Positions 26,701-39,790 of a stretch of DNA of 64,000 nt are shown piece by piece (the first letter of the stretch is position 1; every line of letters begins with the position of its first letter). The notes under the pieces were generated by a model that saw nothing but the letters and a program-made list of their open reading frames with translations, had not been told where the DNA came from and searched no databases. The stretch covers positions 10,788,001 to 10,852,000 of the forward strand of contig OZ059898.1 of the NCBI GenBank assembly GCA_964057225.1, in the 5' to 3' direction. The position numbers and the translations under genes are program-made. Source of the stretch: Auanema rhodensis. Its lineage: Eukaryota; Animalia; Nematoda.

Positions 26701-27458
26701 CACATATTAAAAGTCCTAATCAGGTACAATTATAAAAAAATCACAGCTTGCGATTCAAGCTCAGAACCCTAGTGTCAGACGGCTACTTTATGCTGTACAC
26801 GATCATTATTAGATTATTTGCTCTCAATAAACTCTTTAGACGTTGAAGTCAATAACGGTAGACATTGTGACTATGACGATAAGACCAAACAGTCTCATAT
26901 GCTTAAGTATTCTTTAGCAAAACTATCATTTCGTGTACGACAATACAGAAATAACAGTCTAATGCAACGACTCACCGGGGTTAATTCCAATGATGGTTCC
27001 TTTTCCGTAATATCTAGGTTCCTTAGGGTCAAGTGTGTTAAGGAAAATAGCGAGACAAGCAATCCAGAAAGCAGCCAGGCAAGCATAGAAGATGATGTAA
27101 AACACGGTAATCTGGACTGAAAAAAATAATGTCATTTCACTAATCAATTATATTCTAATCCAAACGAACACCAAGACTTGGCAGTTCTACCAAGAACAGT
27201 TCCCTTATCCTTGTTGTAAAAGAATTTAGCCAAGGTTTCTTCTCCTTCAGACTCTTTTTTATTGTTTCCGTTCATCAACTATAAAATATTATCGTAAAGA
27301 ATTGATAGTTGCTTTCATCTTTGGGTATTTCCGTATAACACATATGTGAAAAATGTTGATTGAGTACACAAATGTCATATTAACGCGCAAAATCGGGATT
27401 AAAGTATTTCAAAACTGACCGTGTTATTTTCTTCTATTTGATTTCCTTTGCCTGCCAT
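23789..27458 (-). CDS. nkb-3: Na+/K+-ATPase beta subunit (closest to recalled NKB-3)
   Basis: [13 protein letters not shown]|LMNGNNKK...[18 protein letters not shown]|[48 protein letters not shown]|[18 protein letters not shown]...[15 protein letters not shown]...YQQPI|AMVKF...[15 protein letters not shown]. The family is certain; the paralogue assignment is less so. Confidence 0.88.
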
Positions 27459-27956
27459 CTTGGAAGATTTCTGGGGTTACACGGAATGTATCCCTTTACC
27501 GTCTTCTAGCTGCGTTTTAGTTGATTTCCCAAACTGAAAGGCAATCGACAGCAGTCGGTTGTCTGTAATATAGAAATTTAATGATGCAACTAATATTTGG
27601 ATGAATGAAAATGATAAGACGATAAAGACAGGCAGATGATATAAAAAATCAAAATAGCGTAAGCTTTGATGAGATTATTGACATGGGAAGAAGGAATGAA
27701 ATCGATACAGATGAACACATGTCGTGTGAAGAAAACGAGGCCTTACTCTGAGACTTCGGCACGAGAGACCACCAAGCGCAAGATGTGGAAAGCTTGACAG
27801 GAGCGAAAGTAGTAAGCTACACAAATTAATCAACAACTGGGATAAAAATCGATAGCGGCAAACATATTTATCACCAACCAAATATGAGATTCTTATGTAA
27901 AGCTTAGTATGAAAGCCAATTATTGGGCCGTGTTCACAATCACATGACAAATATAT

Positions 27957-27989
<33 letters not shown>

Positions 27990-28821
27990 TTATATATATT
28001 TATATGTATAATGCATACATACAATGATATCACCAGTCAATAAAGTAGTTTCTTCTGTTCCGCTCGATTTCAAATTAACTAGTTTGAAATTGATTTCATT
28101 CGTTAAAGTTTAGCAGACTACAACCTTCGAATACTGAACTGAACTGATTCCTCACTCATCCCATATACTGTAACTAAAACCGTACTAGGTCCTACTTGTT
28201 TCAAATAATCGAAACAAGCTCGAATAAAAACGAGAAAAAATTTGAAATGGAACGACTGACAAGAGGGAGAACAGAAAAGACATGACAGGTAAATGTCGCT
28301 GAAATAGAGGAAAGACTGCTGCTGCTAACTATTGATGCTGTGATTCAAAAGGGAGCAGATAAAACGATAAAACAAATAGTAACGAGAATAGAATGATAAA
28401 GTATGATAAAAATAGAAAAAAGCTATACAAAAGAGTGAGTCTGGAGAATGACAATTAAAAGAAACAACAAATAACTGTGAGGTGTGAAATTGTTAAAAAC
28501 TGTTATATCATATCGATCTTTATAACCCTAGGCAAGGGAAACAAAAAATAAAATAAAATGCAAGGCTTTCCCCGATCTCTTGTCAGGAATAAACGACATT
28601 TTGCGATAGATTGGTATAGAAAGTTTAGTGACAATGAAAACGGTCAAAGGGCGACAGATACAAAGAAGCGAGAAATAGTATAGAACATTGATAGAGTCTT
28701 CTTTAGAAGTGGTAGTGAAGACAGTATCACGGCAAGTGTCTACACATTGAGTTACATGAAGTAAGACATTCGGAGAAAAAGATGAAAAACGTAAAAGCTA
28801 CGAAAGAACGATGCGAGTTCA

Positions 28822-28837
28822 AGATGCTGATGATGTT

Positions 28838-28868
<31 letters not shown>

Positions 28869-28884
28869 ATGATGCGATGATGAT
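28822..28884. repeat. Compound (GCT)n/(GAT)n microsatellite
   Basis: Visible trinucleotide runs; these account for the spurious poly-A/poly-D ORF at 28811-29020. Confidence 0.85.
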
Positions 28885-31800
28885 GGGGCATTGGTGGAGG
28901 AGGAAAAAAGAGGAGGAGGAAGAAACTATGCGAAAGACGGGAACGATAAGGATGGTCACGCAGCGATTAAGAGATGACCGGGCAGGATATGCTCATTCAT
29001 TCTCAATACTTTATCGTTAATCAGAAATTGAGACATATGAGAGAGAACCGGAGTCAAAAGCATGGACCATCAAGGTAAATAATTCCACCATTTATCATGG
29101 AGATGAATTGACCGATCAAACTCGTAAGCTACAAATAGAAACAAAACAAAAGATCAGAAGCCAGACCCATAAAAATAGCAATGTCTTCATATATATATAT
29201 ATATTTTCCTATACATAAATATTAAGAAATATATATTTATATTTAGTTCCAAAGAACATTCGGATTCTAGCGCTTCCTCCCAAAAAACAAGAGGCAAAAG
29301 TAATGCACCAACGTATGTGACATGGATGCCAAGATAATCTGAAACTGCAGAACGCCCGGGATAATACATCCCTAAAACATGTCTTAAGTGTAAGCAGGAC
29401 AAAAAAGTGAACAACTGCCTAGGCTGCCGTTTCCGATTACAAGTCTAGCACAGAAATTGCTCGAAATGGCCGCTTTCCACTACACATAAATCCGGAGAAG
29501 GAATTAGCAAATATACAATGTCGAGTGTACAATGAATGATCATCAGCACAATTCTTCTTATATTCCAAGCCGTATAGCAAAGGAGAGAAGGAAGATAAAA
29601 CGTATACTTATAAGCGTAACGCTGGCATAAGATACATTCAATAAGACTATTAAATTCTCAATGAAGACTCGCTATCAGTTGAATAGAAAAGGTAGACGAC
29701 ATAAACGATATGAATCTGAACTTCGAATCCTGACTGGGTTAGAATTAAGGTTTGGACACAGTAGGCAATGGAAAAGAAAACCCCACAATCAGTCTGGCAC
29801 TTTAAGGCAATTCGCATCGGTAATTTTGACGACCATAGGCATAATGCGCAGCCAACGTTGCCAATTCTCTTTATTTGATATGACAGACCAGAAATAGGAC
29901 GAAGAAAAACAATCACACACAAGCTGTTTTCAAAATATTTACTACATAAGGCAAAGTAACGGACAGAAAGTGATCAGACAACCAGCATTAGAAGGCAGCC
30001 AACCATCGATGACAAAGAGAATGAAAAAGGGAGAATAGAAAAAAGATAGAGAAAAACGACATGACGGCAGAAAACTGTAAGTCTGCAAAAAGAAAGCAAA
30101 TTCAAATCGTGCATAAAACTTCAAATTCATTCATGAGGATGAAATTTCAGGCATAAATTCAAGTTTTAGGTTGTTTCCAGTCATGCTAAGAATACATGCA
30201 CACGCCAATTAACATACTCGACGGAAATGCCGATGACCAGAAAATTTAGAAAAGAATTTCTCATGGCGCGGCATAGCGCAGAACGTAAAATACTTCACCA
30301 CTGATTCCTCTCAATTTCTAGTTTTGCCCATTTTGACAAGGTCGTCGTCAAGAAACGTGTATGCTGCCTCGTCGTCAATAATCATAACACGACAAGCAGG
30401 TAGAAAGAGGTAAGGGAAGCAACAATGAAAGAATATAGAAGAAAGACTAAAGTAAAATCGATAGTTGTGTCCGTACAAACACAAAAGCAACAACGGTTGT
30501 GAACAACTCTTCTCTAGCCCTGACTCATTTCAGCTCAGAAAAACTAAGCATTCAGTCTAAAGCTCTCTTGCCATTGTGACTATATTTGGTGGAAATAATC
30601 AGGAAAAAAAAACTAAAGAAAATGAAAACCTGTGCCACTGAGTTGGATGAATAGATATATTCAAATGCTTGTGTATACAAAATTAGGAAGAAAAGCAAAC
30701 AAAAGTCAATATTACGAACTAGATTGAGGAGATGAAAATTAGGAGTAAACATTAGACAAAATAATCTCTAGCTATGTCTGCGGACGGCAGATCATCTGGA
30801 CAAAACAGCTGTCATAAACACAAGAAAAGGCGAGCAAAATCCATACGAAAACGACACAAGAGACGGGAATCAAAAAATAAGATATCTCGTTCCGAATACA
30901 GAATAAGCTTAAAATAAAGAGAAGGATCGATAAAGCATTTGCATGGCATAGCAACGGGCTGTCGTTCAAGGCATGTGGGAGTGTCAAAATAGCTTACTCC
31001 TGACTTGGTTAGATGCGCAGGTTCAATATTTGCGTAGGAGAGAAGAGGTGCAAAAATGTAAATTCAGAATGGAAGATTCTCTTTCAGCATATGCTTTTCA
31101 CTGCTTTGTCTAACTTTTATATTCAATCCTTTCACCCATGACGATGACGCCTCAAATATATTAAGAGAGCAATCGCTTGATGGCTATAAAATACATTCAA
31201 TAACTAAAAGAAATTTAAAATCGAAAGAAAATTTCAATGTTATAATTTCAGAATTATTTTTGCGCAGATCGCGTGATTTGTTAAATGATATCTCTTAGTT
31301 GTATGGCTCAAACGTGGTGTTGGCGGGAGATTTCAAGTTTTTAGCTCTTGCACTTGTTCAATATCACAAAAGGCCATTCGAAGTTAAATAAGCGGTATCC
31401 CTCCTTTATTTAGATCATTATACAGTATCTGAAGATTTGTTGACTATGGAGGAACAAATTTAAAACAGACAATTTATCTTCGTAATGGTGAGATGCTAGC
31501 GTTAGTGAACCTGCGCCGCGGTGCGAAAGTACTCGAAAACTTGAGATGTAACACCGTTCACTGTGTGCACCACTATCAAACACTAAATGCTCATCATCTA
31601 TGGTTGTCTCTATGTCTTCTTTCTTCTTTTCATTTTTCTTTTTCTTAAGGCACAGAAGCGTAAACGCAGTGAATCTTCTGATGTGAACGAAACATTATCC
31701 TCGTTTCCAGTATATTTTCATTTGGGAATAGATGTCTACAAAAAAACCGCAAAGCTGAGGATGGAATCCTTGTGAATGTTTTGAGAATGGTGTAAACCAT

Positions 31801-33789
31801 TACTCCTTGTAATTGAAATAAATGAAAGCCCGACGGTGGGGGCTTCTAAGAGAAAAGAGAGAAAGAGAATGGACTGACAACAAGCCAACAACACTGCCAA
31901 GATCAATGAACTCGATAGTGTGCGCTTGAAATTGGCGACCTCGAAAACGATTCTACCGCCTGAATAATTTCTGCTCATTTTTTTTGACATGTGAGACAAC
32001 AGCTGGTAGAGTTGGTAAGCTCTTATGTGCTAGTAATCGCATATTTCTCCTTCTAGATTTCTGTATATCCATTAAGCAACATTGTGCCTAGCAGGCTAGT
32101 TGTATCCAATGAAGGAAATCCGATAAGCATTAAGTTTTGCCAGATGAGAAAGGTAGTATGATGCAATGTCTGATAGAGAGGTAGTTCAAACTAATCAAAA
32201 TGCTTAGTTAAAAATAGAACCATAGAAAATATTTCTATGTTCGATCAAGGTCGAAAAAACAAATGCGAATAGATGGCCGGGTGAACTAATCAGTGTTTTC
32301 TGCCTTTGTCATCGGCACTGGCCCGAATCTAATGAATAGTTTTGAAGAAAGATGGCATCATTCAAGTCCATATTGTCAGTACCTTATTGACATTTAACTC
32401 GAACTATGTGATAATATCATGAATGAGGGATTTAAGAGTCTTGGGAAGATGTGACATTGATTGACAAAGGCAACTAGAAAAGTTGAAGATGATCGCAATT
32501 TGAACTGTACGCCCCCTACCCTCGAGCTAGCGAAGACGTTACGTCGTTATATAATCGAAGTATTCACTAAACCCTACATTAAACAGAGTTGAGTAGGCAG
32601 AAAAGACCGCCGGGTAAATGCTTATAGAAAGGATTTTGAGCCTAATCCCTTCTTAAAGGTAGTCGCTCTACGGTGAAAAACACATTATGTTGCAAACTCT
32701 ACATTTTCGCTCGCCTTTCTTTGTATCAGCGCCATCATACAATCAGCGATTGCTTAGAATTAGGCTGAAGAAGTGCCTTTTCAATGATTGCGAAAAGGTT
32801 AGAAAGTAAAGTAACATTTTATTGCAATGTATGTGTAGGGAAAGAGCCTAGCTCACTGGAGTCTCCGAAAAGTAAAATATACCAAGAGAAAAAAGCTAGA
32901 GAAAGTTTGTGAATGAGCCTACTGATAGAAACTCGAAAGAGCTTGGAGATAGAAGAGAGTTGGTGAGAGATAATAAGTGAGTGCGAGACGAAGACACTAC
33001 AAGACGTAAAGAGAAAGTAAGAAAGAAAGAGTGGAAACGAATAAAATATATATTCTCATGATAGAAACCAGAATGTGGATAGATAACAAACTAAAAACAT
33101 TCAAAATGAAAGAATAGGTAGTTTTTTTTTATAAATTGTTGCTGAGCACACTACAGACAAACGTAAACAATAATTTCAATATATATCGCATATGCTAGAT
33201 AATATTTAAACATAACTGACAAAATACTAAAAAACTTTAATAAAACGAAAAAATATTCAAGTTGTTCACTATTCATACATGGAAGTGAGTTCAAGCAGAA
33301 ATGAAAATGAAAGCCGGCAGGTTTTGCGTTAAATATTCTGGAAGGTAAACTGTATCTAACTAATACCAAAGACCACTATCAAACTTTCGGAATTTTGAGA
33401 GGTGTTGGAAGTAACAGTTGATTGCTTATCAGTAGTATTCAGTGTATGATGAAACCCGAATGATAACCGATGTGATCTCGACATTCTCAAGATGCAGCCA
33501 CCATAAAAGCTGTCAGCTAACGATGCTATGGCAAGCAATAGGAATATTAGTAAATTAAAGAAGAAACCAGGAAAATGATGAAAAAAAACTTAGAGATAAG
33601 AAATGAATAGACTAGAGAAAAAGAAACAACTACAACGTAAGCGAAATGCGGAAACAAGTAGAAAAGGATGAAATATTGAGAACATAGTTGAAATATGGAA
33701 TTTTTTAAAGGAAGGAGTATCAATGGATGAAAAAGCAGCAGGAGCGGGTAGTTCTCAATAGTTCATGCATGGAATGGAAGATAACTTTG

Positions 33790-34430
33790 AGCAAGAAGAG
33801 GAGGGGAAAGCCGACGAGCGACGACGAGGGAAGCAGGCAGACGGCCGAGCTAGCGCTAGCTGGGCTCAGCCCGCTCAACCAAGCAATCCACTGCTGCAGC
33901 CCAGTCAGAAGCCTAGAGGGAGAGTGCAGAAAAGAAATAGACTTAGAGAAAAAAGTGATAGAAAGAAAGGAGGAGGCAACAGAAAAAAAGAGGAGAGCAC
34001 TAGAGAGAGCAGAATGAGAAAAGAATAGATAATAGACGAGAGATAAAACGAAAGACTTAAAGTAGCAGAGAGAGTGACAGACTAAGCTGTTGGTGCTGCT
34101 GTTGATCGTAGTTTTGCTGCTGAGGGAAGAAGAGAGTAGAGGGGAGCGGGGCGGCTATAGGAGCCGTCTACGCAAAAGCGTCGCTGCTATCGATTTGGGA
34201 CTCAGAGACGGACGGGCAGGCTCTGCCTTCCCTCTCTAAACCAACCAACAGCACTGCTGGCTCGGTCTGTTCTGACTGGCTTGCTTGGGTTTGGTCTGGC
34301 TCGGCCTATCTGCTGCCGCGCGCCGACTCTAAACCCCCTTTCTCACAGCATGTCCGAGAAAACTCAGCCTATTTGCATAACTTTTGCTCCGTTGACGTTG
34401 TACCCGCGGGGTTGAATGAAGTAACGCAGC
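33790..34430. promoter_or_regulatory. GC-rich non-coding island, possibly the distal promoter or enhancer of the nkb gene
   Basis: GC and CpG content is sharply higher than in the flanks, no spliceable coding frame was found, and it lies ~6.5 kb upstream of the nkb ATG and ~1.3 kb past the gcc-2 stop. Confidence 0.35.
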
Positions 34431-35713
34431 TTAACACACGCTTCTATTTTTTAAATAAAATAAAAATTTCAAAAATTTCAAAAAGGGGAAACTATGTCGT
34501 AAATGATTGCCTGTTGCAGAAGTCGAGCACCGTGCTATAAAATAGATAACGACTATATAGGCATAGTTGTACAGATCTTAGCAATGTATTTTCGGCAACG
34601 AAACGCTTCAGACAACTACGAATTTAAAAATAAATGTACGTCTATATAAACTCGCATATTTACACGCGCGGACGTATACGTGAAATCAGTGGTATCACAC
34701 AAGCTTACACGACAGATGATCACAGAGCGGCTGCTAGCCAGGGTTTTCTAAAAGATAACTAACTCGTCTGCCGAGGGGTACGTTTATTTTGTTCTTTTTT
34801 TTTCTGCTGACTCTGCCTGCCCTTGCTTTCTTTTAGTTTACAAATTCACTCTTCTCCTTTTTTATTCCAGATGTGCGATAAACAAGATAAATAAGCCCAT
34901 GAGGAGAAGTGATTATTTCCTGAAAATATAAGGGTGCTAGCTTAAACATGTTATGTGCATCAAATGATTTCCGGGGTCCTTACACTCTACAAAAAGCCGG
35001 TCAATGGTGACCCAAAGGCTGCAACTGATGTTGATGATAGTGGCCTGGAAAAACAAGCCCATGAGCGGAGAAGCAAAAGGAATTGAAGGGGCTAAAAGAA
35101 AAGAAAGGGAAGCTACTACAGCGAGCACATCAATATAAAAGACATATAGCCTTGGTATTTCTGTGATAAAAAGTTATTTTTAATTTTAGTCAAACAAAGA
35201 CCTAATCTTGGTCGTTAATGAGGTAATTTGGAGAACAAACCACGAGGGAAGACTCGCGTATCACAACACCAAAATCAGCATTTATCATTATTGAATATTT
35301 AGTTACACATCACTCTTTGTGCAGTTATAGATCTGCAACAGCAGTTTTCATTATATTTTATCAGTATGTAAGAAATCAAAATAGTCACTATGTTTCAAAG
35401 GAAGCCGTTGACCCGTGGACACGTCATTCTGAATACTTTATCGGCAAGACACGATTCAATTGCCATCGCATGACGTAAACGGAACTTAAATGTTTGGATC
35501 ACAGCAGTCTTCGAATGATAATAAAATATTTATTACACTTCAATCCCGCAAATGTATATATTATATCACATAGTTAATGCACTTATATCACAGTAATGGA
35601 AACGTAAGATTGTACAATATCCGTGTTAATCAGACAGGAAATGATATTAAAGACGTATGAAAGTGAGATATTTTATAAACATAGTGTGCTCCGCTCCGTT
35701 TTTTAATCCCCAG

Positions 35714-38700
35714 CTAAAACCCACTCCATTTTATATATGATCCCCATGAACCAGCTTGGTTATAAGCTTGACCATCTGTAAAATGATTAATTCTCAGTGC
35801 AAGAAAAGAACACAAAAACAAACCAAACTCGGCGGAACGCTTTAGAATCTCTACTTCATCATTCGAGAGTCGAAGCATAGTGTTCAGAATGGGTATTAAT
35901 TGAAATTTTTCGGCTTTTACTCGTTCTGGTGTCAAAAACTAAAAAAAAAAGATGATAAATTTACACGCTCTCAGCAAAGAAAGTCGGCTTTTTGTAATCA
36001 ATCAATTAGAGTGGTTTTCAAATAAAAATGTTTTCAAAAACATATTTCCAGTTTTTTTAAGACTATTATGCTTCAGAATGTTAAGTGATTTACCTTAATT
36101 ATAACATTCTTTAGATACTCCATATTTTCGCTATGCTCTTTTCTTTCGTCGTTTCTTTCGAGACGCCTAATCTCTTCTTTCAAGAAACGGCTCTGAAAAT
36201 TATATAGTACTAAGAAGTTGACACCTGATCCTCAAAAGTATTCGTTGCCGTCAATGAAATAGTCACCTGTTCTATGAGGCGGCCATTAGCAGCTTCGCTC
36301 TCACTAAGCAATTCTCTAGTATGTTGAGCATGCTTTCTAAGGTTCTCTAATTCATCTATCAATTGCTCAAAAGTCATTGGAGATTCTACATCTATACACT
36401 GTACACCGTCCTTTTCCTGCATTGAGCCTTCTCCAAATAGAACATCTTCCAAAGATGGTTCCTGCAATTTTAACATTAAATTAATTAATAACAGCACCGA
36501 AAGTTTTCTCAATTTAGTAATAAATAATTCTAAATTCAAGTATATTTAGGCTAGATCAGGTCAAGTAAACATCAAGATATGTTTACATACATCGCCTCTT
36601 TCTCAAAAGCAGTACTACGCGCAACTAAAAATAAGCTGCAAGTCGAAAGAAACTGCTTTGTAGACAATGTGACGCAACAGATTTAAAAGAAAAGACACGT
36701 CAAACACAAATGAAGAAAACAGCTTGTTTAACTCACATGAATTTGAGAATCTTCGCCGAATGTTGCATTTGATAACTTTCCGGAGATTGTCGAATGGCAA
36801 CGGAAATCAGATGTATATTCACGGTCACTGAAATTTTGTCACTTCGGTTTCACATGAACAGAATAGTCACACAACTGTCAGTATTCGAGACACCACCAGC
36901 TACTTCGATGAAAAGAATGAGAAAGGAAAGAGATTGGAAGACATAAGAAAAAATAAGAAGGAGAAAGACAAGAGGGGTTGTGAGAGATTTAAAGTTAAAT
37001 TAGCAACAGACCTAAACTGAGGAAAGACAGCTGCTACTGGTGCTGTTCGGGCGGGACGTTGCTCCTTTCGGCTGTCATCCAGCTGCTTTAAAGCTTCCTC
37101 ACGCAGTTTTCTCTCTTCCCCTAACTGTTAAATAAAGAATAAGTCAAAGAACTTATTTTAGAAGTAGAAATTTTCATTGATATTTTTGAAAAATCAATGA
37201 AGAAAGCAATCAGATCTTCAACAGAAATAATAGAAAAAACATTTTGGGAGTCAGCATTTGAAATATATGAGCGGAAATACCTGTTTCTCAAGCTGATTTA
37301 TCTTGAAATTGCTTTTTTCTCGTTCGGAAGATAACAAATGTTCCACCTACAAACAAAACAACACATCATCGTAAGTACTTCAATGAACAACCTTATCATT
37401 ATGTATTTTAAGTGTGTCAATTTGACAAGTGAGACTATGTATATGTGCAGATAATTGAGTTTTTTCTATTGCGCCTTTCTCAAGATCTGATTTCGCAGCT
37501 CTAAGATCATCCATCCTAAATCACAGGTACTGAATTACAACTTAAGCTACTAGAGCTTACGTTGAAGCTAGAGACAGTTGAGCTTCATCAGATTCGCGAC
37601 GATAATTTCTATTCTCAGTTTCCAGATGTGATACTTGCTCACGAGCTCGGGACACATCATGTTGAAGGCTAGATCTATTCTCTCTATAATAAGTAAATAA
37701 ATTATATGAATTGAAGCTAAAATCCAATAACAAATAGTAAATAGCTGAAGGATTTTTATAATATAATTTATAATAGAGAGGCTATAGTGAGAAAATTAAA
37801 ACAACACTTCATTTTCCATTACGATTCTTAGAAGAGTTATTCAGATGATGCTGCTTTTTTTTAAGTATTTAACCAAATAATTCTTACTTTTTCAATTTTA
37901 TTAGATATTTGAAAAAGGGGTAGGGTGAAAACTTTTGATACATATTTAACACATACTTCAGTTGAGATATTGTTTCCTGCAGTTCACTAATTGTCATTTC
38001 CAGCTTTTCAATCTCCGTAGATTCGGATTCATGATTTTCCTGTTTTACTTTTTGTTCCAAAACAAATCTCGCTCTAGTCTTCCAATAAAAATAATAAGAT
38101 CTTGTAAAATTTAATAGAAAACACCTTGAAGTTTTCGTAATCTCTAGATAAATCATCAGCTCTACTCTCTGCAGAATCACGATCTACTCGTAATCTTTTA
38201 TTTTCTTCACGTTGAGTATCCAGAGTTTCTTCAAGTCTATAAAAAATATTTAAAAAAAAAAATGAAATATTTGATTTGTACTTATTAATCCTTCGTTGAG
38301 CAGTTGCCAACTCTTTACTAAGCTCCAAACGCTCAGAACCTCTATCATCTTCTACAGAACTCAAGCGTACTTTTACCTGTTCTAACTCTTCTCGCATTTC
38401 ATTTGTTCGAGCTCTCTCTTCTATAATAGAAACATAAGTAAAGAACAATAAAAGAAAAATTAAGACCTAATAGATCTTTGTTTAATCGTTCTACTTCAGC
38501 TCGAGACTCCATACTCTCCTTTGTCAACTTTTCCTCTGATGTTCTGAATAAAACTTTTTAATAAAACAAAGAAGAAAAACAATTAAAACTTTGTAGTGTG
38601 ATGTTGGCTCTTCAGCTTGGATAACTCCTCTTGTAAATTAGTAGTATTTATCAATGCTTCTTTCAATTCTTTTTGGAGATTATTGACCTAAAAAAGAATG

Positions 38701-39490
38701 TATAGAATCAACTTCAAGAAATCTAACAAACCTTTTTCTCATAATCCTTAATCTCAAGAGAAAATACATCAGCCACAGTTCGTTTTTCACGCAGAGCAAC
38801 AGTTTCTGCCCGTGCATCATCAACTTGGGATCGTAATTCCAAATTCAGAACACCAGCAGCTTCCAAGTCATTTACTAATTTTATTCTCTAAAAAAATGCA
38901 GTTAAAAACGGAAACTTTTTAAAAGTCTGGTGAACCTGTTCCTCAAATTTTTGTTTTTCGTCTCTAATGCTAACCAATTCAGTCTCTAACTCTACTATTC
39001 GGTTTCTTAAAATAAGCTCATTAGCTGTGCATTCATTATTACTTTCCGCAGCACTCTGTAATTATCAAGAAAAAGGTTTTCTACGAGAAAGAGACAATGC
39101 GACTACCATATTAAGAAACTCCAACTTCCCGGTAAGTTCTTCTATTCTTCGAGTAAAAATGACATTTTCATTTGAAACAGCTTCAAGCTGTGATTGAGCA
39201 GAAGTCAAGTCGTCTTGTTTCGTTTTCTGAATTCAGCAATTTTCTAATGATATGCAGTTTGAACAAATTTAACCATGCTTTCTTTTAATTGATCAACTAC
39301 TCGTTTACATTCTTTGGTATGTTCCACTTGTTTTTTTGCAAATCTAATAAGATCTTCACGACTTAAAGAGTCAAGCTAAAAATAAACAAAAAGGAAAATA
39401 GGAGAGAAAAAGTGAGTTTCTTACTTTTGATTTCGGGGCAGGCTTTTGAGAAGCTGGAAGCTCCGGTTTAACCTCTTCCTGATCAGGCAT
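35714..39490 (-). CDS. gcc-2: GRIP-domain trans-Golgi golgin, GCC2/GCC185 orthologue
   Basis: The N-terminal KSK|LDSLSREDLIRFAKKQ matches the GCC185 N-terminal motif. A long coiled coil follows, then a C-terminal GRIP domain (NMEYLKNVIIK|FLTPERVKAEKFQLIPILNTMLRLSNDE...WGSYIKWSGF). Confidence 0.88.
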
Positions 39491-39494
39491 GACC

Positions 39495-39607
39495 CTGATA
39501 TACGCATAAGTACAAATGTCTCAGCTTTGCTCCAAGATATTAGACCGTAGTTATACGAGATTTATAAAAAAACATATTATAATATACAGGAATAATGAAG
39601 CTTTATT
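39495..39607 (-). promoter_or_regulatory. Probable operon intercistronic region (hda-4 poly(A) signal, Ur-like element, gcc-2 trans-splice acceptor)
   Basis: On the minus strand: AATAAA at 39607-39602, TATCTT (UAYYUU) at 39539-39534, and acceptor TATATCAG ending at 39495, 4 nt before the gcc-2 ATG. The ~100-nt spacing is typical of SL2 operons. Confidence 0.6.
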
Positions 39608-39790
39608 ATTTGCCAATAATATGTACATGATTAATAGAAATCTGGGGTTAACATTGAGGAAAAGATCACAATATCAGAATCACATGCCTCATTTACAAAA
39701 TATCTATACAGAAACTTACAGTGCAATAGACTAGATCAGACAAGACATCCACACAACAAAATGTTTTTTAAACGTGCAACCTAGTCAGGA

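Noticed and set aside
28274-28300. Partial resemblance to miR-71 (AAAGACATG); other short matches to miR-2, miR-124 and miR-236 elsewhere
   Set aside because: Only short matches of about 8-10 nt with no pre-miRNA hairpin; I recognised no conserved miRNA gene in the window.
33727-34028. Overlapping ORFs of 96 and 87 aa
   Set aside because: Low-complexity purine-rich translations without credible splice context; better explained as non-coding GC/AG-rich DNA.
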